Assembly (NCBI GenBank): GCA_965140585.1
Contig: OZ223267.1
Location: 64,001-128,000, forward strand
Direction of reading: 5' to 3'
DNA from: Spirochaetia bacterium
GTDB lineage: Bacteria > Spirochaetota > Spirochaetia > UBA9216
DNA length: 64,000 bases
Part shown: positions 51,030 through 59,557 of the stretch, in pieces
Layout of the letters: each line of letters begins with the position of its first letter
How positions within the stretch are numbered: the stretch's first letter is position 1
Notes under the pieces: model-generated
What the model was told of the DNA's origin: nothing
Seen by the model: only the letters and a program-made list of their open reading frames with translations
Databases searched by the model: none
Program-made: the position numbers and the translations under genes

Positions 51030-51491
51030 ATGAGTACTTTAAAACGTCTTAAGAAGACATTCAAAACTTATCTAAGCTCAATACATGGAGCCTTCAAAAA
51101 GAAGCCGCATTCCGGTGTCTCAGTGTATTCTGAGGCTATAAATGAGTATAAAAAACATGAATCTGAAAGAATCAGACTGCTTTCAAAACAAAGGGCAATG
51201 GAAAGCCGGATGCTAGAATTAGAAGAGAGATCGGTTGAGTGGAAGAAGATAAAAGATGCATCGGAGCGCTCCGGTAATACATCCCTTTCAAAAAGCAGTG
51301 GGCAGAAGCTTAAGATACTCAGTATGGAACTGGATGAATGCAGGCTGTCAATTGATGAAAATCTTAAGCTGATTGATGAAGCGGACAGCCGCCTTTCTGA
51401 TTTGAAAAATGAACTTCATAATATCCAACGCAGCCGCTTTTCAGATGCTGAAATTTTATTTGACAGGAAATTACAGGAAGAAGACCGATAA
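51030..51491 (+). CDS. short PspA/IM30-like coiled-coil protein
   Basis: N-terminal amphipathic helix MSTLKRLKKTFKTYL; EWKKIKDASERSGNTSLS at the PspA hairpin-tip position; heptad repeats; first gene before the SPFH gene. Confidence 0.6.
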   Translation: MSTLKRLKKTFKTYLSSIHGAFKKKPHSGVSVYSEAINEYKKHESERIRLLSKQRAMESRMLELEERSVEWKKIKDASERSGNTSLSKSSGQKLKILSMELDECRLSIDENLKLIDEADSRLSDLKNELHNIQRSRFSDAEILFDRKLQEEDR

Positions 51492-51532
51492 TCTTAACTG
51501 CCAATAATTATGAAATATAAGGAGAAAAACTA

Positions 51533-52723
51533 ATGGGTGTATGGGATGCCATCAAAAAAGAAATCTTTATAGACATCATTGAATGGATTGAAAATGATGA
51601 CTCAACACTTGCCTTCAGGTATGACAGGAAAGGAAACGACATCAGAAACGGTGCCTCTCTTACTGTACGAGAGGGGCAGACCGCTGTTTTTATCAACGAA
51701 GGTCAGCTTGCAGATATATTTACTCCGGGTATGTATGAACTCACAACTGAGAACCTTCCAGTGCTTTCCAGACTGAAGGGTTGGAAATACGGCTTTAAAT
51801 CACCGTTCAAGGCTGAAGTTTATTTCATTTCAACCAGAATTGTGACCGGTTTTCACTGGGGAACACCGGCGCCTTTTATGATCCGTGATCCTGAATTCGG
51901 TGTGTTGAAACTGCGGGCAAGGGGTCATTTCTCAATTCATGTGGTCGATGCCGGAAAATTTATAAAGAATGTCGTTGGTACTGACGGAGAGTTTACAAGA
52001 GATGAAATCAAGGACCGGTTGCGGAAGAAATTTATAACAGAAGCCCAGTCCGCTATTGCAGAGCTTCGCATACCATTTTACGAAATGGCTGCACAGCTGG
52101 ATGATCTTTCTTTTTCAATTAAAGACCGGATAAATTTGGTTTTCATAGAGCAGTACGGGCTTAGTCTTGATGATACCTCCGTTCAGAGCATTGAGCTCGA
52201 TGAAGCCAGCATGGCCAAGGTTGAGCAGCGTGATGAGATGTTTTTCACTGACAGCCGTATTGGTAATTATGAACGTCAGGCTAGGGCTGATGCCATGAAG
52301 ATACTTGCCGGAAACCCGGGTGCAGGCGGTCTTGCCGCTGGCGGAATGGGGCTCGGTATGGGACTTGCGGCGGCAAATCAGTTTGCAGGCGGCGGAAACT
52401 ACGGAATGAATCCTGCAATGGGCATGGGTAACCCTGCTATGATGGGTATGGCTGCAGGTGCAGGTGCCGCTATGGGACAGCAGGCTGCACCGCCGCCTCC
52501 TCCTATGCCTGCTTCTTTTTATATAGCAGTCAACGGCGCTCAGCAGGGACCTTTTTCGCTCCAGCAGCTTTCCGGTCTTGCCGGTCAGGGACAGTTTTCA
52601 GACGCGACCCTGGTCTGGAAGCCGGGAATGTCTTCCTGGAGCCCGGCTTCCTCTGTTCCTGAATTAATCGGCCTTTTTCAAAGCGGTTCATCGAATGTTC
52701 CGCCGCCACCTCCGGCAGGCTGA
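51533..52723 (+). CDS. SPFH/Band 7 domain protein (YdjI-like) with C-terminal GYF_2 (DUF4339) domain
   Basis: IDIIEW, LTVREGQTAVFINEGQ, LKGWKYGFKSPFKAEVYF and WGTPAPFMIRDPEFG; Gly/Met/Ala/Pro linker; FYIAVNGAQQGPFS...TLVWKPGMSSWSPA. Confidence 0.9.
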   Translation: MGVWDAIKKEIFIDIIEWIENDDSTLAFRYDRKGNDIRNGASLTVREGQTAVFINEGQLADIFTPGMYELTTENLPVLSRLKGWKYGFKSPFKAEVYFISTRIVTGFHWGTPAPFMIRDPEFGVLKLRARGHFSIHVVDAGKFIKNVVGTDGEFTRDEIKDRLRKKFITEAQSAIAELRIPFYEMAAQLDDLSFSIKDRINLVFIEQYGLSLDDTSVQSIELDEASMAKVEQRDEMFFTDSRIGNYERQARADAMKILAGNPGAGGLAAGGMGLGMGLAAANQFAGGGNYGMNPAMGMGNPAMMGMAAGAGAAMGQQAAPPPPPMPASFYIAVNGAQQGPFSLQQLSGLAGQGQFSDATLVWKPGMSSWSPASSVPELIGLFQSGSSNVPPPPPAG

Positions 52724-52783
52724 GTCCGCCGGATGGTATAAATGGGGCTGCTTGCAAAATGTATAGATATAAGGAGAAAACTA

Positions 52784-53602
52784 ATGGCTGAAGAAGCTAT
52801 CGGAATGACCGCTCCCGAGGCTGGACTCATTCTTACAGCTGTAATCTCACTTGCAGATGATAATCCGTCGGATGAAGAAGTCATTGTCCTCAGAAAGTTT
52901 TATCAATCTGAAACTGTAGATTCACTGGAGAATAAAATAAATGAAGCAGGGCTGAATTACCCTGAAAATCTTATGGATTTGGAAAAAGAAGCACTGAATG
53001 TCCTAGCTGATGCTGAACCTGCGTTTATTAAGCGTACGCTCGCTGTCTGCCTAAGAGTGGCGGAAGCTGACGGTACAGTTGATCAGCAGGAGTTGAATCT
53101 GCTGAACAAATATTGTGACCGTTTTGATTTGACGGTTTTTCAACTTGAACAGTACTCGAAAAAGAGACTGAAGGAGCTTGATGAAACCCGTGGTTATACG
53201 GATACGGAAGACCTCTCTGATTCTGAGTTACCATTGAATATTGATCTGTCTCAGGGTGAAGCAGGCATTGCACTTGCTACCTGGCTTGCCTTTTCGGACG
53301 ATAATCCGAGTGATGAGGAGATGGCAGTAATAAGAGAATATTTCACTGAGACCGATGTTGAAGGACTTATAAAAAAGATTGAGAAAAATGATGCAGTTTT
53401 TCCGGATTCTGTACATAGACTGGAAGAGTCTGTGAAGAATGCGTTTAAAAAGCTGTCCCGTGATGAACAGCTTAAAATGCTTTCTATTGCCTACCGTACT
53501 GCATACGCCGACGGTGTTTTAGCACCGGAGGAGCACCGGATATTATCCAGGTTTTGTGAAGAATTTGTTATCGGTGAGGGTGAGCTTCGAAACTATTTCT
53601 AA
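52784..53602 (+). CDS. tandem TerB-like domain protein
   Basis: Two internal repeats, each with (A/S)DDNPSDEE and ADG-x5-E motifs. Start moved to ATG 52784 after AAGGAG. Confidence 0.78.
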   Translation: MAEEAIGMTAPEAGLILTAVISLADDNPSDEEVIVLRKFYQSETVDSLENKINEAGLNYPENLMDLEKEALNVLADAEPAFIKRTLAVCLRVAEADGTVDQQELNLLNKYCDRFDLTVFQLEQYSKKRLKELDETRGYTDTEDLSDSELPLNIDLSQGEAGIALATWLAFSDDNPSDEEMAVIREYFTETDVEGLIKKIEKNDAVFPDSVHRLEESVKNAFKKLSRDEQLKMLSIAYRTAYADGVLAPEEHRILSRFCEEFVIGEGELRNYF

Positions 53603-53623
53603 CTAATCAATCAGGAGAAAAAA

Positions 53624-54619
53624 TTGGCAATTCGTGAAGGAAAATGGAAATGTGAATTCTGCAGCGCGGAAAATCTGGGGCGTGACATGAAATGCAGCTC
53701 CTGCGGTGCTGTGCGCGGCGAGAATGTGGAATTCTATCTCGATGATGATGCTGCTGAAGTAACTGATGAAAATCTTGTTAATATGGCTGAAGCAGGAGCA
53801 GATTGGCATTGTGATTACTGCGGTACTGATAACCGTGCCGGAGTAATCAGCTGTCGGCAATGCGGAGCATCCAGAGATGGTATGAAATCCCGTGAAGAGG
53901 CGGTTGCAGGCGGGGAAGATAATTCTGCCAGGCAGGACAGCGGAGCAGGCTCCTCCGGAGGTGCATCAGATAGTCCGGTAAAGAAAAAAGCTCCTGTTGC
54001 TGTTATAGCGGCAGTTGTCCTGGTTATTATTATCGGAGTAGCCGCATTTTTTATCTTCGGCGGGCGTGAAGACGTTCTTGTGCTAGATGGGGGTGAATGG
54101 ACACGAACCATAGGAGTTGAAAGACAGGAGTGGGTTGAATATACATCATGGCAGGATGATGTTCCATCCGGAGCTAGTGTGCTTGAAAGATGGAGTGAAC
54201 AGCGCGGAACTGAAAAGGTTCAGATAGGGACAGAGAAAGTTAAAGTCGGAACCAAGGACAAAGGGAACGGGTTTTTTGAGGATGTATTTGAAGAAAAGCC
54301 TGTTTACAAGGAAGAACCTGTATACGACATAAAAGTCCGCTACGAAGTTATAGAATGGAAGCAGTACCGTAAAGTGGAAGCCTCCGGAAAATTAACTGAA
54401 AAAGCTGAATGGCCTGATCCCGAACTTAAATACAGTGACAGGGAAGGTCAGAAAAATGAAACTGCAGTTCTGTATTTTCACAGCACCGATCCTGAACAGG
54501 AAGGTAAAAATTTTACTTATGATAAGCTGACTGCCGATGAAATGTCAGAATTTACTGCCGGAGGCGAGTATCATGCCGAGGTTTTCGGAACAACAGTGCG
54601 TAAATTTATTGAAGAATAG
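53624..54619 (+). CDS. membrane protein with two N-terminal RanBP2-type zinc fingers
   Basis: WKCEFCSAEN-x6-CSSC and WHCDYCGTDN-x6-CRQC; single TM (VAVIAAVVLVIIIGVAAFFIFG); extracytoplasmic C-terminal domain; TTG start after AGGAG. Confidence 0.8.
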   Translation: MAIREGKWKCEFCSAENLGRDMKCSSCGAVRGENVEFYLDDDAAEVTDENLVNMAEAGADWHCDYCGTDNRAGVISCRQCGASRDGMKSREEAVAGGEDNSARQDSGAGSSGGASDSPVKKKAPVAVIAAVVLVIIIGVAAFFIFGGREDVLVLDGGEWTRTIGVERQEWVEYTSWQDDVPSGASVLERWSEQRGTEKVQIGTEKVKVGTKDKGNGFFEDVFEEKPVYKEEPVYDIKVRYEVIEWKQYRKVEASGKLTEKAEWPDPELKYSDREGQKNETAVLYFHSTDPEQEGKNFTYDKLTADEMSEFTAGGEYHAEVFGTTVRKFIEE

Positions 54620-54643
54620 AATTCAGCCGGGATTGTCTTAAAT

Positions 54644-54675
54644 AAAAAAAAGGGAGCAGCTGTAAAGCTGCTCCC
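54644..54675 (-). terminator. intrinsic terminator between convergent genes
   Basis: GGGAGCAGCT-gtaa-AGCTGCTCCC 10-bp stem with a T8 tail on the minus strand. Confidence 0.8.
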
Positions 54676-54699
54676 CGTCAAACGCAAATATCTGAATAA

Positions 54700-54972
54700 C
54701 TAGAATCTTGGTCCCGGTCTTCTTTCGCGTTCTCTAGCTTCATTAACTCTAAGATTTCTGCCTTTGAAATCCTGGTCATTAAGCATAGAAACAGCAGCAG
54801 TTGCTGCGTCGTCATCGCTCATTTCTACGAAACCGAAACCACGAGGTCTGTTTGTTTCTCTGTCCATGATAAGTTTTACGGATGATACATCGCCGTACTG
54901 TGCGAAGAGTTCCTGAAGATCCTCTTCCGTTGTTGTGTAATTGAGATTACCAACATAGATTGTCTTTGCCAT
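54700..54972 (-). CDS. RRM-domain RNA-binding protein
   Basis: RNP2 IYVGNL, RNP1 RGFGFVEM, and LRVNEAR. Confidence 0.95.
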   Translation of the reverse strand: MAKTIYVGNLNYTTTEEDLQELFAQYGDVSSVKLIMDRETNRPRGFGFVEMSDDDAATAAVSMLNDQDFKGRNLRVNEARERERRPGPRF

Positions 54973-55116
54973 TTAAATCCTCTGAAATTTTTTTAATCAC
55001 ATTCCGTTTAATTTAGATTTTGTTACTTGAAATAAATTGAAAGATTAGATGTCAGGTCTGAAAACAATATAAGACAAGATAAATAATAAATAATACAGAA
55101 CAGATTTTACTTAGAT

Positions 55117-55145
55117 AGCTTAAGATAAATTACCGCTGTAGTCAA
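55117..55145 (-). promoter_or_regulatory. putative sigma70 promoter of the RRM gene
   Basis: TTGACT, 17 bp, TAAGCT on the minus strand, about 140 nt upstream of the start. Confidence 0.5.
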
Positions 55146-55320
55146 GTTCAAATTTAATTAAACAAATAATTTGGAATTTCAGGAAAAATAGATTACAATA
55201 TAGTTAACTGATACTTAACTGACGTAATGATTTTGTACAGTAATGATGTCATCCATTATCATCATTACCGGAAACACAGCAAGTACCCTGCTGTGCCACC
55301 CTGCTTGGAAAGGTGATTCT

Positions 55321-55998
55321 TTGATAGTCAGAGACAGAAGGGTCCGGATAATCTCCGGATTCTACGGAAGCGGAAAAACCGAGTTTTCAGTCAATTATGC
55401 TGTAAAACTGGTGAATATGAACAGGAACCCTGTTCTTGCAGATATAGATATTCTCAATCCCTATTTTAGAAGCAGGGAACGTGAATCTGAATTAAGTCAG
55501 CTTGGTGTCAGGGTTATTGCAGGATCTGTAAATGCCCCCGCAGTCGACGTCCCGGCAGTATCTTCCGGGGTTTACAGCATTTTTGATGGAGATGAAGATG
55601 CCGTAATCGATGTAGGAGGAGACCGTGCGGGGGCTGAGGTCCTTTCGCTTTTTTCTGATCGTTTTAATAATCACGATGATTATGATCTATTTTTTCTCAT
55701 AAATGCAAACAGGCCGCAGACTGCAAATCCTGCCGCGGTAATAGACTGTCTTCGCGGAATCGAATCTGCCTGCGGGCTTTCGGTTACCGGCCTGATAAAC
55801 AATACACATATGCTTAAATCCACACAGGTGGATGACATTCTTAAAGGTTATGATCTTGCGGTGGAGGTTTCCAGGGAAACCGGAATACCGCTTAGATATA
55901 ATTCCGGACTCCGGGAGTTTGAATTTGAAATTCCGAAAGGTCTGGATGGGGAGTTTTTCCCGATTGAATTATACATGAGGGAAGCCTGGATGTCCTGA
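55321..55998 (+). CDS. P-loop NTPase associated with the 2-oxoacid oxidoreductase operon
   Basis: GFYGSGKTEF, ADIDILNPYFRSRE, IDVGGD and INNTHM motifs. Probable TTG start at 55321 after AAGGTGA. Confidence 0.8.
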   Translation: MIVRDRRVRIISGFYGSGKTEFSVNYAVKLVNMNRNPVLADIDILNPYFRSRERESELSQLGVRVIAGSVNAPAVDVPAVSSGVYSIFDGDEDAVIDVGGDRAGAEVLSLFSDRFNNHDDYDLFFLINANRPQTANPAAVIDCLRGIESACGLSVTGLINNTHMLKSTQVDDILKGYDLAVEVSRETGIPLRYNSGLREFEFEIPKGLDGEFFPIELYMREAWMS

Positions 55999-56035
55999 TC
56001 ATCCTGCTTCCTTCGAACATAATAAAGGAGGGGCT

Positions 56036-56251
56036 ATGGCAAATGGAAAGGTTTCTTTTAATTATGACAGCTGTAAGGGCTGCGGATTATGCATAAGTGT
56101 ATGTCCGAAGAAGATAATTTTTCTGGATAGCAAGAGAATTAATTCAAAGGGGTATAACCCCGCTACTGTTGAAAAGATTGAGGAATGTATCGGCTGTGCA
56201 AACTGCGCAATGATGTGTCCTGATCTCGTTATCACTGTTGAGAAGTTTTAG
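56036..56251 (+). CDS. 2[4Fe-4S] ferredoxin subunit (delta) of a 2-oxoacid:ferredoxin oxidoreductase
   Basis: CKGCGLCISVCP and CIGCANCAMMCPD motifs. Confidence 0.93.
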   Translation: MANGKVSFNYDSCKGCGLCISVCPKKIIFLDSKRINSKGYNPATVEKIEECIGCANCAMMCPDLVITVEKF

Positions 56252-56257
56252 GAGGGG

Positions 56258-57334
56258 ATGATGGAAAAAATACTGATGAAAGGAAACGAGGCTGTAGGTG
56301 CCGCTGCAATTCAGGCCGGCTGCAGATTTTTCTTCGGTTATCCTATTACTCCCCAGAACGAAGTTCCGGAATACATGTCCAGAGAACTGCCTAAGGTCGG
56401 GGGTACTTTTGTACAGGCCGAGAGTGAGGTTGCTGCAATCAATATGGTATTTGGAGCTGCAGGAGCGGGTGCACGGGTTATGACATCATCGTCAAGTCCC
56501 GGAATATCGCTGAAGCAGGAGGGCATTTCATACATTGCCGCTGCAGAACTTCCCTGTGTTATTGTAAATATGATGAGAGCGAGCCCCGGGCTGGGAGGAA
56601 TTCAGCCTGCACAGGCCGACTACTTTCAGGCAACAAGGGGCGGAGGAAACGGAGACTACTACACTCCTGTATTTGCGCCGGCGAGCATTCAGGAACTTGT
56701 TGAGCATGTAATGATTGCCTTTGATGTTGCTGATATCTACCGGACACCTGTAATGGTACTGGGTGACGGAATGCTTGGTCAGATGATGGAATCGGTAACC
56801 CTTGGTGATCATAAGCCGCGGCCGCTTTCGGATAAAGACTGGGCTGTAGGTGCGAAGCGCAGGGATACAGGTGATCAGAGTACAAAGAATGTAATAAAGT
56901 CTCTGTATATCAATCCCGAAATTCTGGAAGCTCATGTAACCAAGCTTTTTGAGAAATACGATCTGATTAAACAGAACGAAGTCAGATATGAAAAGATCAA
57001 CTGCGAGGATGCCGATGTGGTCGCTGTGGCCTACGGTTCAGTTTCAAGGATTGTCCGCAATGCAATGAAAAAATGCGAGGAAGAGGGTATAAAGCTCGGG
57101 CTCATCAGACCGATAACCCTGTGGCCCTTTCCATTTGAGGCTTTTGATGAAATCAGTCCAAAGACAAAAGCCTTCCTGAGTGTTGAGATGAGCATGGGAC
57201 AGATGATAGATGATGTGAAAATTGCATCAAACGGAAGACTCCCGGTAGAGTTCACCGGACGGCACGGAGGAATGATTCCGAAGCCCGAACAGATTGTTGA
57301 TAAGGTAAAAGCAATTCTTGGAGGTGCAGCATGA
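56258..57334 (+). CDS. vorB: 2-oxoacid:ferredoxin oxidoreductase alpha subunit (VorB-like)
   Basis: MKGNEAV, FGYPITPQNE, QAESEVAAINM and TSSSSPGISLKQE motifs. Confidence 0.88.
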   Translation: MMEKILMKGNEAVGAAAIQAGCRFFFGYPITPQNEVPEYMSRELPKVGGTFVQAESEVAAINMVFGAAGAGARVMTSSSSPGISLKQEGISYIAAAELPCVIVNMMRASPGLGGIQPAQADYFQATRGGGNGDYYTPVFAPASIQELVEHVMIAFDVADIYRTPVMVLGDGMLGQMMESVTLGDHKPRPLSDKDWAVGAKRRDTGDQSTKNVIKSLYINPEILEAHVTKLFEKYDLIKQNEVRYEKINCEDADVVAVAYGSVSRIVRNAMKKCEEEGIKLGLIRPITLWPFPFEAFDEISPKTKAFLSVEMSMGQMIDDVKIASNGRLPVEFTGRHGGMIPKPEQIVDKVKAILGGAA

Positions 57335-58074
57335 GTATAGTTTTTGAAAAAACAAAGGGGCTCACCGATACCCCTATGCATTACTGCCCGGGCTGCACAC
57401 ACGGGATTGTTCACCGTCTTGTTGCTGAAACCCTTGTTGAGCTTGATGTGCTGGATCATTGTGTCGGCGTTGCTCCTGTAGGCTGCTCAGTCTTTCTTCA
57501 TAATTACATGAACTGCGATATGTATGAGGCTGCCCACGGAAGGGCTCCGGCAGTCGCAACGGGAGCAAAACGCGTACATCCGGACAATGTCGTTTTCACC
57601 TACCAGGGTGACGGAGACCTTGCATCAATAGGAACCGCTGAAACTATTCATGCAGCAGTCCGCAGTGAAAATATTACAATCATCTACGTTAATAACGTTA
57701 TTTACGGAATGACTGGCGGACAGATGGCTCCAACAACCCTGGTCGGACAGAAATCAACAACATCACCATACGGCAGACAGATGGATGGTCAGGGCTATCC
57801 GATAAAAATCTCCGAAATGCTTGCAACCCTTGAAGGTGCCAGCTTCGTTGAGCGTGTTGCGGTCAACAGTCCCGGAAATGTAAGAAAGGCAAAAAAGGCA
57901 ATTAAAAAGGCATTTGAAACACAGATTCAGAGGAAGGGCTTCAGTATCGTTGAGGTTCTTTCAACATGTCCTACAAACTGGGGTATGACGCCTGTTCAGG
58001 CTTTAAGATGGCTTGAAGATAATATGATTCCCTACTATCCGTTGGGAAATTTAAGAACACCTGAGGAGGGTTAA
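57331..58074 (+). CDS. 2-oxoacid:ferredoxin oxidoreductase beta (TPP-binding) subunit
   Basis: YCPGCTHG, HGRAPAVATG, QGDGDLASIG...NN and STCPTNWG motifs. Confidence 0.93.
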   Translation: MSIVFEKTKGLTDTPMHYCPGCTHGIVHRLVAETLVELDVLDHCVGVAPVGCSVFLHNYMNCDMYEAAHGRAPAVATGAKRVHPDNVVFTYQGDGDLASIGTAETIHAAVRSENITIIYVNNVIYGMTGGQMAPTTLVGQKSTTSPYGRQMDGQGYPIKISEMLATLEGASFVERVAVNSPGNVRKAKKAIKKAFETQIQRKGFSIVEVLSTCPTNWGMTPVQALRWLEDNMIPYYPLGNLRTPEEG

Positions 58075-58075
58075 A

Positions 58076-58624
58076 ATGGCTTTTACAGAAGAGGTAATTC
58101 TATCAGGATTCGGAGGACAGGGCGTACTGTCTATGGGTAAACTGCTTTCATATGCCGGACTGATGGAAGGCAAGAATGTATCATGGTTTCCTTCATACGG
58201 ACCCGAGATGCGCGGAGGAACTGCGAACTGCAACGTTATCATTTCGGATGAGCTGGTAGGCAGTCCCGTTGTCACAGATGCGGATACGCTGATTGTTATG
58301 AATCAGCCTTCGCTGGAAAAGTTCGAATCTCATGTTAAACCCGGCGGAATGATACTGGTAAATTCTTCGCTTATTGAAAAGAAGGTTACCCGTACCGATG
58401 TAAAGGCATATTACTTTCCCGTGAATGAGATCGCTGCTGAATGCGGAAGTCTCAAGGCTGCGAACATGGTGATGCTCGGCGCCTACATGTGGCTCCGCGG
58501 CTTCCCCACAGAGGAGGAACTGCTGGCGGCATTTCTGAAGGTATTCGGTGAAAAGAAGAAGGACCTTCTGCCGCTTGATAAGCGTGCAATCGAAGAGGGC
58601 ATGCATCTGGCACAGACTGCCTGA
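58076..58624 (+). CDS. 2-oxoacid:ferredoxin oxidoreductase gamma subunit
   Basis: GFGGQGV, PSYGPEMRGGTA and NMVMLGA motifs. Confidence 0.93.
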   Translation: MAFTEEVILSGFGGQGVLSMGKLLSYAGLMEGKNVSWFPSYGPEMRGGTANCNVIISDELVGSPVVTDADTLIVMNQPSLEKFESHVKPGGMILVNSSLIEKKVTRTDVKAYYFPVNEIAAECGSLKAANMVMLGAYMWLRGFPTEEELLAAFLKVFGEKKKDLLPLDKRAIEEGMHLAQTA

Positions 58625-58644
58625 TTTTTATAAATAAAAAACAA

Positions 58645-58682
58645 AAAGCGGCTGTTTTCTTTCCCCCGTAAACAGCCGCTTT
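58645..58682. terminator. probable bidirectional terminator
   Basis: AAAGCGGCTGTTT / AAACAGCCGCTTT 13-bp inverted repeat between convergent genes. Confidence 0.78.
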
Positions 58683-58690
58683 GCTTTAAA

Positions 58691-59542
58691 TTAAAATCTT
58701 TCTTTAATGATTGTATAATTATATATTTTCTCCTGATAGGAATCTTCAATCTGCAGATGAAGTTCTCCTTCCCAGTCCGAGTCAATGTCGTAGCTTAGAT
58801 CGTTCCACCAGAGTTTATCGTTTCCGTATACGTAGGGAATATCTTCAATTCCCCGTTTTCGCAGAACTGTTTTGCCGTTGTGTTTGACGGTGAATGTGAA
58901 CCATCTTGAAATAGCGTTTGTAAGTTCTATTCTTCCCAGGGTGATTGAAAGTCTGCCGATGTCAGGAAGTTTGGCCTGTTTCTTCTGATAGTCTGATGCA
59001 GAGATAATTCCTGCGGCCAGGTCCTCGGTCAGTCCGTTCTGCAGCTGCTCGGTATCCCGGTAGTCGATGATGAAAAACTCTGTATCCGTATTGTATTCAC
59101 GTTCAGGGATAATGCGGTAGCGGATCCTGAGTGGTTCAACAACTACCGGCTCAGGAGGCGGAGGCACCGGAATCCAGACCGAGGCGGTAAGGGCTGCATC
59201 TTCAACATATCCCAGAGAACCCAGCAGCATTACAAGAGAAAATGGGCTCCATCGCCTGGTAACTGTTTCGGTTTTAATTTTTGCATCATTACCGTATTTA
59301 TCCGCAGCAAGTTCCGCAGCCTGTTTTTCAAGTTCAGATCTGCGTTCCTCCGATGATTTAAGAAACAGCCAGTTCCAGGAGCGCAGTCCTGCATCTATAT
59401 TGCCTGCATACTCATAATCATCCGATACCGGTCCGGCCGGAAGAGAGTAGGCAGAGGGCTTTTCGCCCGTGATGAAACTTGTACATGATGCGGTGAATAT
59501 GCTCAGTATCGGTATCAATATTAAAACTGTCTGTTTGTTCAT
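58691..59542 (-). CDS. lipoprotein, function unknown
   Basis: Lipobox TASC; two domains joined by a PVPPPPEP linker. Confidence 0.75.
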   Translation of the reverse strand: MNKQTVLILIPILSIFTASCTSFITGEKPSAYSLPAGPVSDDYEYAGNIDAGLRSWNWLFLKSSEERRSELEKQAAELAADKYGNDAKIKTETVTRRWSPFSLVMLLGSLGYVEDAALTASVWIPVPPPPEPVVVEPLRIRYRIIPEREYNTDTEFFIIDYRDTEQLQNGLTEDLAAGIISASDYQKKQAKLPDIGRLSITLGRIELTNAISRWFTFTVKHNGKTVLRKRGIEDIPYVYGNDKLWWNDLSYDIDSDWEGELHLQIEDSYQEKIYNYTIIKERF

Positions 59543-59557
59543 AAGGAATCCTCTGTT

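Noticed and set aside
51515-52787. Near-identical ATATAAGGAGAAAA(A)CTAATGG before the SPFH and TerB genes as an operon-specific regulatory site
   Set aside because: The core AGGAGAAAA(A)CTA also precedes unrelated genes (starts 45053 and 48861), so it looks like a general ribosome-binding context.
52784-53602. Tellurite-resistance (ter) operon
   Set aside because: Only TerB-like domains are present; there is no TerA, TerC, TerD or TerZ.
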